64,000 bases of DNA from Bdellovibrionales bacterium (GTDB lineage Bacteria > Bdellovibrionota > UBA1018 > CAIMNF01), in assembly GCA_040380025.1 (NCBI GenBank), contig JBEIJY010000001.1, positions 62,245-126,244 of the forward strand, read 5' to 3'. The notes below the pieces were generated by a model. That model was not told the DNA's origin and did not search any database. It saw only the letters and a list, made by a program, of their open reading frames with translations. The position numbers were made by a program, and so were the translations under genes. Numbering within the stretch: position 1 is the stretch's first letter; every line of letters begins with the position of its first letter. Of the stretch, positions 18,394-28,429 are shown in pieces.

Positions 18394-20189
18394 GCTGCCT
18401 GCTTTCTGAGCCGCGAATGGCGGACTCCGTACAGAAAGTATACCGCAAGGCCGGCAACAAGCCAGATCCCGAAGCGATACCAGTTCACGATTCCGAGCTC
18501 GGTCATGAGGTAAGCGCAGGTCGAGAGCCCGAGAAGCGGAATGAGCGAGAATTCGCGCAAAAATGCCGCCGCGCCGAGATACACCATCATGAACAAAAAG
18601 ATCGTGAGCGGAATCCGATGCTTGAAAACTTCAAACCCCGTGGCGCCCGGATTCGCGGGATCGAAGTTCCCGAGATAATTCAAAAGACTCTCGTACCCGA
18701 ACTGATGCCAGCAAATCGCAGAAATCAGAACAAGCGCCGGAAAAATCCACTTCGCATTGATATAAGGCACATAGAACCGTCCCGGCACACGCTCGCGTCT
18801 CGGGTCCTGGCTCAGCACTCCGGCGCAAACGATGGCGAACGCAAAAAGAGTCCCGATCGAGGTCAGATCGGTGACCTCCGTCAGGTTCATGAACATGCAC
18901 GGCACTCCGACGATGAATCCCGCAACAAGCGTCGAGAACCACGGTGTCTTGTACTTCGGATGGATCGCCGCAAATACGGGCGGCAGGAGCCCGTCCCGGC
19001 TCATCGCCATCCAGATCCGCGGCTGACCGAGCTGGAACACCAGGAGCACCGTGAAGAGCGCAATCACGGCACTGATCGCGATCACGCCCGAAATCCAGTT
19101 CACATTCGCGCCTTCAGGTCCGAACACATAGGCGAGCGGATCGCCCACCGAAAGATGATCATAACGGACCACGCCGGTCAGAACGAGCGTCACGAGCACA
19201 TACAGAACCGTGCAAATCAGAAGCGAGTAAATCATGGCCCTAGGCAGGTCTTTTTGCGGATTCCGGCACTCTTCGGCCGTGGTCGAAATCGCATCAAAGC
19301 CAATGTATGCGAAGAAAATCGCCGAGACCCCCTTCATCACCCCCGTGATGCCGTTCGGGGCGAAGGGAGACCAGTTCTCGGGCTTGACGTACAAGGCCCC
19401 GAGCCCTACCACCAAAAGGAGCACAAGAATCTTGAGGGCGACCATCGCATTCGCAACGCGCTTTGATTCCTGGATGCCGACATACACGATTGCGGTGACG
19501 AGAATGGTCGCGATCACGGCCGGAAAATGAAAAATCAGATGCAACCCGAAGATCTGGGGAGAACCGGTCCAGGCCTCATAGCCGTGAACCGAGGCGAGGG
19601 ACAGACCTGTTGCTTGCAGATCGGTAAAGGCGACTCCCGAGTCGAGCGCGGCTTTCACTTGCTCATATCCGCGCGAAGCCGAGAGGAGATCCATCGTAAG
19701 CCAGGAGGGCATGTGGATTCCGTACCCCGAAAGAAGCGAGTTCAGATAATCGCCCCAAGAGATCGCCACCGCGATGTTTCCGATCGCGTACTCCATGAGC
19801 AAATCCCAACCGATGATCCAGGCCAGAAGCTCGCCCAAAGAGGCATAGGCGTACGTGTAGGCCGATCCCGCCACCGGAATGCGCGAGGCGAATTCGGCGT
19901 AACAGAGTGCCGAGAACGCGCAGGCGATCGCGGTGAACAAGAACAAAAAAACCGTGGCGGGTCCGCCATTCGAGGCGGCGGTTCCCACGGTCGAGAAGAT
20001 TCCTGCCCCGATCACGGCGGCGATTCCGAGCGAAGTCAGATCCCAAACCCCGAGAGTCCGTTTCAGTCCTTCGGGAAGCGAGCCTCCGTGCGCAGAACTG
20101 TGTGCCGGACTGTGTGCCGAACCCTCCACCGTGGCCTCGACTAAAATCTGCGGAATCGGCTTCGTACGGAACAAAGATTTCCATGACAT
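18390..20189 (-). CDS. APC/CAT-family amino acid permease
   Basis: LGIAAVIGAGIF, CYAEFAS, GSAYTY, FFAYIGFD, TTAEECRNPQ, SIGTLFAF. Confidence 0.95.
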   Translation of the reverse strand: MSWKSLFRTKPIPQILVEATVEGSAHSPAHSSAHGGSLPEGLKRTLGVWDLTSLGIAAVIGAGIFSTVGTAASNGGPATVFLFLFTAIACAFSALCYAEFASRIPVAGSAYTYAYASLGELLAWIIGWDLLMEYAIGNIAVAISWGDYLNSLLSGYGIHMPSWLTMDLLSASRGYEQVKAALDSGVAFTDLQATGLSLASVHGYEAWTGSPQIFGLHLIFHFPAVIATILVTAIVYVGIQESKRVANAMVALKILVLLLVVGLGALYVKPENWSPFAPNGITGVMKGVSAIFFAYIGFDAISTTAEECRNPQKDLPRAMIYSLLICTVLYVLVTLVLTGVVRYDHLSVGDPLAYVFGPEGANVNWISGVIAISAVIALFTVLLVFQLGQPRIWMAMSRDGLLPPVFAAIHPKYKTPWFSTLVAGFIVGVPCMFMNLTEVTDLTSIGTLFAFAIVCAGVLSQDPRRERVPGRFYVPYINAKWIFPALVLISAICWHQFGYESLLNYLGNFDPANPGATGFEVFKHRIPLTIFLFMMVYLGAAAFLREFSLIPLLGLSTCAYLMTELGIVNWYRFGIWLVAGLAVYFLYGVRHSRLRKQAA

Positions 20190-20193
20190 TGGC

Positions 20194-20221
20194 TTGACGC
20201 CCTCCCTGAAAACAGTATGAT
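20194..20221 (+). promoter_or_regulatory. Sigma70-like promoter for the second permease-lexA unit
   Basis: TTGACG-16 bp-TATGAT in the 71 bp divergent intergenic region. Confidence 0.65.
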
Positions 20222-20260
20222 TGCGAGTCGGGATTGAACACCAATCGGGAGATTTTCACA

Positions 20261-21853
20261 ATGGCAAATCTGTTCCAAAAAAAGGACCTCGCAAAACTGA
20301 TTTCAGATGCGGGAGATCCGAACGCGTCCGAACACGCTCAAGGTGCGGGAACCTTGAAGCGGCACCTGACCGCACTGAACCTGACCCTGCTCGGCGTGGG
20401 CGGCATCATCGGAGCCGGGATTTTCTCGCTGACCGGCATCGCGGCGGCGAACTACGCCGGCCCCGGAATCGTGTTCAGCTTCATCATCGGAGGCATTCTT
20501 TGCGCCTTCGCAGGGCTTTGTTATGCCGAAATGGCGGCCATGGTGCCTGTCTCGGGCTCGGCTTACGCCTACTCCTACGCGACCCTCGGCGAACTCGTGG
20601 CGTGGATCATCGGCTGGGACCTGATTCTCGAATACGCATTCGGCTCGGTGACTGTTGCGGCGGCCTGGTCCGGATATTTCGTCTCGCTCTTCCAGAAAAC
20701 CCTCGGAATCGAAATCACCGATTCCATGCTCCGGCTCACCAAGGGGCCCTGGGAAATGGTCACGCTTGCCGACGGAAGCATGGTTCACGGAATCTGGAAC
20801 CTTCCGGCCAGCGTAGTTGCCATCATTGCCGGCCTGATTCTGTACAAGGGCATCCGCGAGAGCGCGACCGTGAACAATCTGGTCGTGGCGATCAAACTTG
20901 CGATCATCCTCTCGTTCATTGCGATCGGCTGGGGCGTGATTGATTCGATGAACTGGCAGGCGAACCCGAACGCGACGGGGCTCATGGGGTTTGTTCCCGA
21001 AGTCGCCGAATCCATGCGGAACGGCGAATCGATTCTGAGCTTCGGCTGGCCGGGAGTCCTGACCGGCGCGGGAGTCGTGTTCTTTGCTTACATCGGCTTC
21101 GATGCCGTTTCGACCACCGCCCAAGAGGCGAAGAATCCGCAGAGGGATCTGCCGATCGGAATTCTCGCATCGCTCTTCATCTGCACTGCGATTTACATCC
21201 TGATGGCGCTCGTGATGACCGGCGTGGTTCCGTATCGCGAACTCGGGGTACCCGATCCGGTTGCGGTCGGAGTGGATCGGATCGTGAGCCTGCGCGGCTG
21301 GAGCCCGGGAGCCCAGCACACCCTCTCGTTTGCGGTGAAGCTCGGGGCCCTCATGGGACTCACCTCGGTGATCCTCGTGCTCATGCTCGGACAAACGCGG
21401 ATTTTTTACGCCATGGCGAAAGACGGGCTTCTTCCCTGGTTTGATCAGGTTCATAAGGTGTTCCACACTCCGCACAAGGCCACGACGATCACGGCCTTGT
21501 TTGTCGCGGTTTGTGCGGGCTGCATGCCCATGAGCCTTGTCGGGGAGCTGGTTTCGATCGGCACCCTGCTCGCCTTCGTTCTGGTGTGCGTGGGCGTGGT
21601 GATTCTCAGAATCAAGTCACCCGAAACCCCGAGACCCTTCAAAACCCCGCTCTTCTGGTTTGTCGGTCCCGCAGGCGCACTCTCGTGCCTCTGGGTGATG
21701 TCGAGCCTGCCGCGCGACACGTGGATCCGTCTTGCTGTGTGGCTTGTGATCGGATTCGTGGTTTATTTTGCCTACGGCATCCACCATTCCAAGCTCAGAA
21801 AGAATTCCGGACATGGCCTCCCGTCTTACCCCGAAGCAAAAGCAGACACTTGA
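20261..21853 (+). CDS. APC/CAT-family amino acid permease (paralog)
   Basis: LGVGGIIGAGIF, CYAEMAA, GSAYAY, FFAYIGFD, TTAQEAKNPQ. Confidence 0.95.
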   Translation: MANLFQKKDLAKLISDAGDPNASEHAQGAGTLKRHLTALNLTLLGVGGIIGAGIFSLTGIAAANYAGPGIVFSFIIGGILCAFAGLCYAEMAAMVPVSGSAYAYSYATLGELVAWIIGWDLILEYAFGSVTVAAAWSGYFVSLFQKTLGIEITDSMLRLTKGPWEMVTLADGSMVHGIWNLPASVVAIIAGLILYKGIRESATVNNLVVAIKLAIILSFIAIGWGVIDSMNWQANPNATGLMGFVPEVAESMRNGESILSFGWPGVLTGAGVVFFAYIGFDAVSTTAQEAKNPQRDLPIGILASLFICTAIYILMALVMTGVVPYRELGVPDPVAVGVDRIVSLRGWSPGAQHTLSFAVKLGALMGLTSVILVLMLGQTRIFYAMAKDGLLPWFDQVHKVFHTPHKATTITALFVAVCAGCMPMSLVGELVSIGTLLAFVLVCVGVVILRIKSPETPRPFKTPLFWFVGPAGALSCLWVMSSLPRDTWIRLAVWLVIGFVVYFAYGIHHSKLRKNSGHGLPSYPEAKADT

Positions 21854-22466
21854 TTGGATCGAGGAGTTTTCACGGACCCGGGGCACGTTTCCCTCTCGCA
21901 GGGAAATCGCCTCGGGTCTCGGACTCTCCTCGCCCGCCACCATCCAACAACACATCGAGGCCCTCGAAAAGAAGGGCTTCCTGAAGCGCGGAGAAGCCCA
22001 CGAAAGTCGCGGACTCGAATGGACCGCACGCTCCAGACGACTGTTCCAGGAGCAACCCGATCTCGAGACCGTCCCCCTGATCGGGACGATTGCGGCAGGG
22101 TTTCCGATCGAGGTGTTCCCGGAGCCCGAACAAAAACAAATTCCGCTTCAAGCGTTTTTGAGAAACGAACGAGGAGGCGTCTCCCGCGAGGGAATCTTCA
22201 TGCTCGCCGTTCGGGGGGATTCGATGATCGAAGACGGAATCCTACCCGGGGACTGGGTGATCCTGAGAAAATCCTCGTCCGCACGACCGGGCGAGACCGT
22301 GGCGGCGCTCTTGAACGGCGAAGCAACACTGAAACGATTTCAAAAAACCCCGCGTGGTCCCGAGCTTCACCCGGCGAATCTGCGCTACCCGGTCCTTTCG
22401 ATCCGGGAGGGCGACCGCTTTCAAATTCAAGGAATTCTGATCGGACTTCTTCGTCAATATTCTTGA
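21813..22466 (+). CDS. lexA: LexA repressor
   Basis: LTPKQ..., PSRREIA, HIEALEKKG winged HTH; IAAG cleavage site; GDSM (catalytic Ser); ATLKR (catalytic Lys). Confidence 0.93.
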   Translation: MASRLTPKQKQTLDWIEEFSRTRGTFPSRREIASGLGLSSPATIQQHIEALEKKGFLKRGEAHESRGLEWTARSRRLFQEQPDLETVPLIGTIAAGFPIEVFPEPEQKQIPLQAFLRNERGGVSREGIFMLAVRGDSMIEDGILPGDWVILRKSSSARPGETVAALLNGEATLKRFQKTPRGPELHPANLRYPVLSIREGDRFQIQGILIGLLRQYS

Positions 22467-22497
22467 ACTCTCGCCTCGAAGCGACCATACTCTGCCC

Positions 22498-23721
22498 GTG
22501 TCATTCCGCGAATCCAAACCTCTTTTTGCGATCTTCTTCATTGTTTTCGTGGATATCCTCGCATTCACCCTGATTCTTCCGTATTTGCCGTTCTACGCCG
22601 AGCGTTTCGGCGCGACCCCGACCCAGGTGGGACTGATTGTCACGAGCTTCTCGCTTTGCCAGTTTTTGGCAGGACCGGTGCTCGGTCATCTTTCGGACCG
22701 AGTCGGACGAAAACCGATTCTGATCACAAGTCAGATCGGGACTTGCGTGGGCTTTGTGATCCTCGCGCTTTCGAACAACCTTTGGATGGTGTACCTCTCG
22801 CGAATCCTGGACGGAATCACCGCCGGAAACCTCACGGTCGCGCAGGCCGCGATCTCGGACATCACCAAACCCGCCGATCGGGCGCGGGCGTTCTCGTGGA
22901 TCGGTGTCGCCTTCGGGACGGGTTTTTTCATCGGTCCCGCGATCTCAGGACTCCTCTCGCACTTCGGGCCAGAGGCTCCGGCATGGGGAGCGGCATTCAT
23001 CTCGCTTTGCTCGATCTTCTCGACCGCCGTTTTGTTCCGGGATTCGGGCCCGATGCTCGAGACCAAAAAACCGTTCCGGGTATCGCGATCCGACCTTCTT
23101 CGCGCCCTTGATCTGCGGCCCTTGGCGCATTATCTACGCCATCCGGGGCTGAAGCCGATCTTGCGCCAGTTCTTTTTCTTCAACGTGTCGTTTTCGGCGC
23201 ACATTTCGTGCTTCGCCCTTTTTGCCGAGCGCGTGCTGACCTGGAATGGAAAGCCCTTCGGGCCCACGGAGGTCAGTTACCTCTACGCGTATCTCGGGTT
23301 CCTCGGAATCGCCGTGCGCAGCTGGCTCATCGGTCTTTTGATTCGCAGATTCGGCGAGCGCGGCACCTCCAAAATCGGCTTCCTCGCCCAAGGCCTAGGA
23401 TTCGGCGCCTACGCCTTCGTGACCGATATTCCCGGGGCTCTGATTGCCTCGACGCTCTCGAGCATCGGTTCGGGACTGATCCGGCCCTCGCTGAGCGCGC
23501 GAATGTCGCATGAGGTGAGCCCGAAAGAGCAAGGCGCGATCTTCGGGGTGAGCCAGAGTCTGGCCTCGATCGCCTCGATCCTTGCGCCTGTGATTGCGGG
23601 ATTCATCCTGGGCTCGGTTTCGGTCCGTGCCTGGGCCGTGTTCTCGGGCGGAATGATGCTGATTGCGTTCGTATTCCGGGATCGGGAGGCATCTCCCGCC
23701 ACCCAAGAAGCGCGGCCCTGA
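22498..23721 (+). CDS. MFS transporter (TetA/DHA1-like)
   Basis: LGHLSDRVGRKP motif A, SRILDGITAGN, about 12 hydrophobic segments. Confidence 0.92.
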   Translation: MSFRESKPLFAIFFIVFVDILAFTLILPYLPFYAERFGATPTQVGLIVTSFSLCQFLAGPVLGHLSDRVGRKPILITSQIGTCVGFVILALSNNLWMVYLSRILDGITAGNLTVAQAAISDITKPADRARAFSWIGVAFGTGFFIGPAISGLLSHFGPEAPAWGAAFISLCSIFSTAVLFRDSGPMLETKKPFRVSRSDLLRALDLRPLAHYLRHPGLKPILRQFFFFNVSFSAHISCFALFAERVLTWNGKPFGPTEVSYLYAYLGFLGIAVRSWLIGLLIRRFGERGTSKIGFLAQGLGFGAYAFVTDIPGALIASTLSSIGSGLIRPSLSARMSHEVSPKEQGAIFGVSQSLASIASILAPVIAGFILGSVSVRAWAVFSGGMMLIAFVFRDREASPATQEARP

Positions 23722-23795
23722 GGGCTCTCCCGGAAGAACTCACGATGAAACTTCCGCTCCGTTTTTGCCGCGCGTTATGCTAGAACCCGCACACC

Positions 23796-24806
23796 ATGAC
23801 TCTTCCCGGGACTTCCACCCCCTTTCGTTTTGTCGTTTTGGTTTTGATCTTTTCGGCGACGCTCCCTTCGGGAATCGCCCGAGCCGACGACATTTCTTGC
23901 AATGAACTCCTTACCGGCCTGAAGAACAAGATCATCGGGTTTTTCGGTCCGGAACGGCCTCCCGAGCCGGTCCCGACCATGACAGAGCTTCTGGCATCCC
24001 GACTCCCCGCGGATCCGGAGGTGATCCGCCTTTTCGTGCGCGATCCGAAGATCCCCACCATGCCCCATTATACGAACAACATGATCGGTTCGATTCAAGA
24101 TGCCTTCGCTCCGTGGTTTCGGAGGGAGCACACCGAATCCTATGCGGAGATGCTCCGCAAACAACACCGGCTTTTGACCGGGGGAGAAACCGGGGAACAG
24201 ACGTATCTCTCGACCTCCGTCTCCCGGCCCTTGGAGCCCGGGGAAATCGGAAAATTCCGTCATGAATTGCCCCCCACGATCGACCGGGCGATGCTCCAAT
24301 TCCGGTTTGCCGAAAGTCTCGGGAGCCTGGGCAAGCATCCCGCGCCGGTGGCGGAGTTCCTGAAATCGATCAAATCAGGCGAAATCCGCTGGATCTCGAT
24401 CACCGAAGTGCCTCGCAAGGCGCACCCGAAGTCATCGGTCCTGCCCAAGGTGTTCTTTGATGAAACGATCGAGGTGATTTTCACGCAAGTGTACCCGGAA
24501 CGGGCGCATGCCGGGCATTACGTGGAAGCCCTCGAAAAAACCATGGAAACCCTCCGCGCGCTCCCCCGCCCCGCGGAGCTCGAAACCCTCATTCCGCCCT
24601 TGGCCGCCACGATCAAGTTGTTCGCCGCGGGTCTGCCTTTCGAAAAAGTGAACTTTTCAATTGCGATGTCCCATGTGAACTTCATTTTGATGGAGCATGG
24701 TTACCGCGGGATCGAGAATGGATTTTTTGATGTCTACTCGATGCTTCTTCCCGAGGAGACCTTCCATTCCCTTCTTCTGGAGACGATTCGGAAGGCACAA
24801 CCATAG
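23796..24806 (+). CDS. Secreted hypothetical protein with a degenerate Fic/Fido-like C-terminus
   Basis: Signal peptide ending ARA; LPFEKVNFSIAMSHVNFILMEHGY resembles HPFxDGNGRxxRxLxNxxL. Confidence 0.6.
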   Translation: MTLPGTSTPFRFVVLVLIFSATLPSGIARADDISCNELLTGLKNKIIGFFGPERPPEPVPTMTELLASRLPADPEVIRLFVRDPKIPTMPHYTNNMIGSIQDAFAPWFRREHTESYAEMLRKQHRLLTGGETGEQTYLSTSVSRPLEPGEIGKFRHELPPTIDRAMLQFRFAESLGSLGKHPAPVAEFLKSIKSGEIRWISITEVPRKAHPKSSVLPKVFFDETIEVIFTQVYPERAHAGHYVEALEKTMETLRALPRPAELETLIPPLAATIKLFAAGLPFEKVNFSIAMSHVNFILMEHGYRGIENGFFDVYSMLLPEETFHSLLLETIRKAQP

Positions 24807-24839
24807 AGAATGCGCGAGAGAATGCGCAGGAGCACAAGC

Positions 24840-25229
24840 ATGAGTGATTTGAGCTTTGATCGAAAAATCCCCCTTTCTTTTGATGCCGCGATCGAGCGGG
24901 TCACCGAGGCGCTGAAGCAGAACGGCTTCGGCGTGCTCACACGGATTGATTTCGACCAAAAGATTCGCGAGAAACTGGGCCATGAGCTTCCGAGAACCGC
25001 GATTCTCGGCGCCTGCAATCCGGGCTTCGCCCATGCGGGTTATCAGCAAGATCGCGACATGCTTCTTTTGATTCCCTGCAATGTCGTGGTCGAAGAGATC
25101 GCTCCCTCGGAAGTGTCGGTACGGATGGTGAAGCCGAGCGCGATGATGGGGGCCCTGAACTCGCCTGCGCTCGAGGAACTCGCTTCGAAAGTCGACGAAA
25201 GCCTCTTGCTTGCTCTCCGAAGCCTCTGA
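24840..25229 (+). CDS. DUF302 domain protein
   Basis: ALKQNGFGVLTRID, ILGACNP, LLIPCNVVV. Confidence 0.9.
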   Translation: MSDLSFDRKIPLSFDAAIERVTEALKQNGFGVLTRIDFDQKIREKLGHELPRTAILGACNPGFAHAGYQQDRDMLLLIPCNVVVEEIAPSEVSVRMVKPSAMMGALNSPALEELASKVDESLLLALRSL

Positions 25230-25316
25230 TTGACCTTTCTTCCCTGACGGAATCCTGACGGAAGCCTTTCCGGATCACAATGATTCTGCTTTCGGGTTCC
25301 GATACCATCGGAGCAT

Positions 25317-26108
25317 ATGCAAGCACTCGAATCCCGTCCCGGTCCCATCCGGATTTACAGGCGCATGGAGCCGTTTGTCCCGATGTCGGTCGAAAACTCG
25401 CGTTACCTTCTGAAGACCGTCGACCAGACCTCCGAGCTGAAAGAAGTCATGCAGCTCCGTGCCCGGGTGTTTTCGGCCGAATACGGCGCAAAAAGCGCCT
25501 CAGGCGGGCTCGACATCGATCCCTTCGACTTTCACTGCGATCATCTGGTGATCGTCGAAAAATCTTCGGGCACCATCATCGGAACCTATCGGGTTTTGTG
25601 CTCGCGGTTCACCGCGAACTTCTACTCCGAGACGGAATTCGAACTGGGAGATTTTTTGCGCGCTCCCGGCACCAAGATCGAACTGGGGCGGGCCTGCATC
25701 GAACCCGCCCATCGACGGGGAATCGTACTCAGCCTTCTTTGGCGGGGAATCCTGCGCTATGCGCTCGAGACCCGCGCGGATTATCTCTTCGGATGCTCGA
25801 GCATCAAGACCATCGACCCGGCGGAAGCGAGGCTCCTTCACGATCAGCTCGCCGGCGCCGGATCCGTTTCGACAGAGTGGAAGGTCGATCCGGTCGAAAA
25901 ACACCGAATCAACGGGTTCGCCTCGATTCGTCCGAAAGAGGGCGTTCCCACCGCCGAGATCCCGCCTCTTTTGCAAAGCTACCTGAATGCCGGAGCGAAG
26001 ATCCTGGGCGAGCCCGCGCTCGATCTTGATTTCCGGTGCGTAGACCTCCTGACCGTCCTGAAACTGACCGACTTGAACCGGACCCATGAGAAATTCCATC
26101 AGATTTGA
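25317..26108 (+). CDS. OlsB-like GNAT N-acyltransferase (aminolipid synthesis)
   Basis: LRARVF, DIDPFDFHCDHL, GTYRV, FYSETEF, ELGRAC, LFGCSS, PPLLQSYL..GA. Confidence 0.87.
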   Translation: MQALESRPGPIRIYRRMEPFVPMSVENSRYLLKTVDQTSELKEVMQLRARVFSAEYGAKSASGGLDIDPFDFHCDHLVIVEKSSGTIIGTYRVLCSRFTANFYSETEFELGDFLRAPGTKIELGRACIEPAHRRGIVLSLLWRGILRYALETRADYLFGCSSIKTIDPAEARLLHDQLAGAGSVSTEWKVDPVEKHRINGFASIRPKEGVPTAEIPPLLQSYLNAGAKILGEPALDLDFRCVDLLTVLKLTDLNRTHEKFHQI

Positions 26109-26904
26109 CCAGACGATCCGGTTTTCGAGGATGGCGGTGCTCGTTCTGGAGTTTTTCGTCACGGCCTCGGTCGAACATCTCATGCTCGGACTCAGCCGGA
26201 GCGGTCGCGAACAGCTCCCGCGCAAAAAAGCGCTCCGAATCGGCCGCTACTCGAAGCGCGCTCTTGCCATTCTCGGAGTTCGCGTCGACTACGACCGGAA
26301 CACCCGCCCCTTTCCGGGCGGAGGCATGATGGTCTGCAATCATGTTTCGTACCTCGATATTCTGGTGCTCTCTTCGCAGATTCCGGCGCTTTACATCACC
26401 TCAGTCGAGACCGGATCGGCCGGCTGGATCGGGGCCTTGTGCCGGCTTGCCGGATGCCTTTTTGTCGAACGACGAAAAGTGACCGCGCTCAAGAAAGAAG
26501 TCTCCGAGATCGACTCGGCTCTGAAAAACGGGGTGCCGGTGGTCTTGTTCCCCGAGGCGACTTCATCGGATGGCCGGGATGTGCTGCCCTTCCGATCTTC
26601 TCTTTATGAGTGCGCTCTGCAAGCCCGGGCGCCGATTCACTCCTTTTGCATTCACTACACTCCCGAAGACAACGGAGTTCCCTATTACGGCGAGATGACG
26701 ATCCTGCCGCATCTGTTCGCCATTTGCGACGGACGCTCGAGAACGGCGCATCTCGAATTCCTTGACACGATCGAGCCCTCCGATACCCTTGAACGGAAGG
26801 CGGCCGCGCGAACCACCCGCTTTCAGATCCGGCAGGCATATGTTTCGAGAATGGGAAGAGCTCCAGAAGATCAAGTCCGGCCTGAGTCCGCACTGCAGGC
26901 GTGA
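26086..26904 (+). CDS. PlsC/OlsA-like acyltransferase
   Basis: CNHVSYLD (NHxxxxD), FVER, FPEATSSDG; directly after the OlsB-like gene. Confidence 0.88.
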   Translation: MRNSIRFDQTIRFSRMAVLVLEFFVTASVEHLMLGLSRSGREQLPRKKALRIGRYSKRALAILGVRVDYDRNTRPFPGGGMMVCNHVSYLDILVLSSQIPALYITSVETGSAGWIGALCRLAGCLFVERRKVTALKKEVSEIDSALKNGVPVVLFPEATSSDGRDVLPFRSSLYECALQARAPIHSFCIHYTPEDNGVPYYGEMTILPHLFAICDGRSRTAHLEFLDTIEPSDTLERKAAARTTRFQIRQAYVSRMGRAPEDQVRPESALQA

Positions 26905-27847
26905 AACCCTGACCGTCCTGAATCATCGGGAGCAAGCCTTCCCGGTAGAAGCCTTTGTTTTCGGGAATCCCTCGCCCACCGTGCCGGTGCTCGGAATCAC
27001 GGGCGGAATTCACGGGCTCGAGCGGATCGGCACCTGGGTCGCGCTTTCCTTCTTGCAGTATCTGGACTCGAGGATTCCGTGGGATCCGAGCCTCGAGTTC
27101 CAGCTCGATCGGATGCGAGTCTTCATCGTGCCGCTCGTGAATCCGGTCGGCATGGAGCGCTTCACCCGTTGCAACGGGAACGGCGTGGACCTCATGCGGA
27201 ATGCTCCGGTCGAGGCGGACCACGCATCGCCGCTGGTCGGGGGCCAGCGCTTCTCGCGTGCGCTCCCTTGGTATCGCGGGAATCCTGAACAGACTTTTGA
27301 AGGCATGGAGCCCGAGGCGCGAGCGCTTCTTCGATTTTGCGAGCATCAACTCGAACGCGCGCCCCGCTCGATCCTTCTCGATTTGCACTCGGGATTCGGA
27401 CTTCAGGATCAGCTCTGGTACCCGTATGCGAAATCGAAAGAGCCGTTTCCGGACCTGAAAGAAGTCCTGGAGCTGAAGGCGCTCCTCGATCGGGTTCTGC
27501 CCCATCACATTTACCGCTTCGAGCCGCAGAGCAAGCACTACACGACCCACGGCGATCTTTGGGATTATCTATACGACTCGCGAAGAAGAGCATCTCCGGA
27601 GGCGGGAACCTTGATTCCGATCACCTTGGAAATGGGATCATGGAATTGGGTGAAGAAAAATCCGGTACAACTTTTGAGTTATCTCGGGCCGTACAATCCG
27701 ATCAAGCCCCACCGACTGAAACGGACCCTGCGACGGCATCTGCCCTTGCTCGACTTCTTGATGCGCGTTCTTACCCGTCATCCTCCGCACCATCCGCACC
27801 ACCCACCGCACATGGCCCCTGATTCGCAACCCCGGCAACTCCCGTGA
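26840..27847 (+). CDS. M14-like zinc carboxypeptidase
   Basis: GGIHGLE, PLVNPVG, RCNGNGVDLMRN, DLHSG, TLEMG. Confidence 0.85.
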   Translation: MFREWEELQKIKSGLSPHCRRETLTVLNHREQAFPVEAFVFGNPSPTVPVLGITGGIHGLERIGTWVALSFLQYLDSRIPWDPSLEFQLDRMRVFIVPLVNPVGMERFTRCNGNGVDLMRNAPVEADHASPLVGGQRFSRALPWYRGNPEQTFEGMEPEARALLRFCEHQLERAPRSILLDLHSGFGLQDQLWYPYAKSKEPFPDLKEVLELKALLDRVLPHHIYRFEPQSKHYTTHGDLWDYLYDSRRRASPEAGTLIPITLEMGSWNWVKKNPVQLLSYLGPYNPIKPHRLKRTLRRHLPLLDFLMRVLTRHPPHHPHHPPHMAPDSQPRQLP

Positions 27848-28295
27848 AATCCACCACCACCGCCTGTCCGGGCTGATTGTTCGAGCCCAGGTACCCGAGC
27901 GAGACATAGCCTATCAAGGGATCAGGAGAACAGTTCCGGTACCGGATCCGGACCGTGCACGAGCTCCCCGCACTCAACGTGGTTCCCGGGGTACAGGAGA
28001 CATTCGTAAGCAAGAAGCCATTCGGGAGGGCATCGGTCACCGAAAGCATGCGCGCTTCCCGGGTCGCGGTGAACGTGACTGTCACATCGGGAGACAGGAG
28101 AGCAGAAGGAAACTGATGAGAAGAGATATCGGCGACCACCCAGGCTCCCGAAAACCCGCCGCCCGAAATCACATCGACCGGGGATCGTCCGCAGTTCTGA
28201 AACACGATCACGAGTGCGACCGCAGTGATTCCCACCGTGATTCCGAGCTGATTCCGCCGGAATTGAACCAAAAATCTGCGCCATCTCATTTTCAT
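27771..28295 (-). CDS. Putative lipoprotein (FQNC lipobox) with Ig-like body
   Basis: ALVIVFQNCG; SCTPGTTLSAGSSCTVRIRY beta-sandwich-like segment. Confidence 0.7.
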   Translation of the reverse strand: MKMRWRRFLVQFRRNQLGITVGITAVALVIVFQNCGRSPVDVISGGGFSGAWVVADISSHQFPSALLSPDVTVTFTATREARMLSVTDALPNGFLLTNVSCTPGTTLSAGSSCTVRIRYRNCSPDPLIGYVSLGYLGSNNQPGQAVVVDFTGVAGVANQGPCAVGGADGAEDDG

Positions 28296-28429
28296 CGCCC
28301 ACGGGCCCCCTCATTCCCTGCTTCGGCAACACTCCGAGAAAACTTGAATCCATCGGCCCGGATCAACGAAAAAAATGGAACGAGTCAAAAACCCGTGATA
28401 TACGGATTTCAAGCCGTCTCGGGGGGGAC

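Noticed and set aside
27771-27847. His/Pro-rich tail of the carboxypeptidase overlapping the convergent lipoprotein gene
   Set aside because: Short convergent overlaps recur across this compact window, and the low-complexity tail may just mirror the opposite strand.
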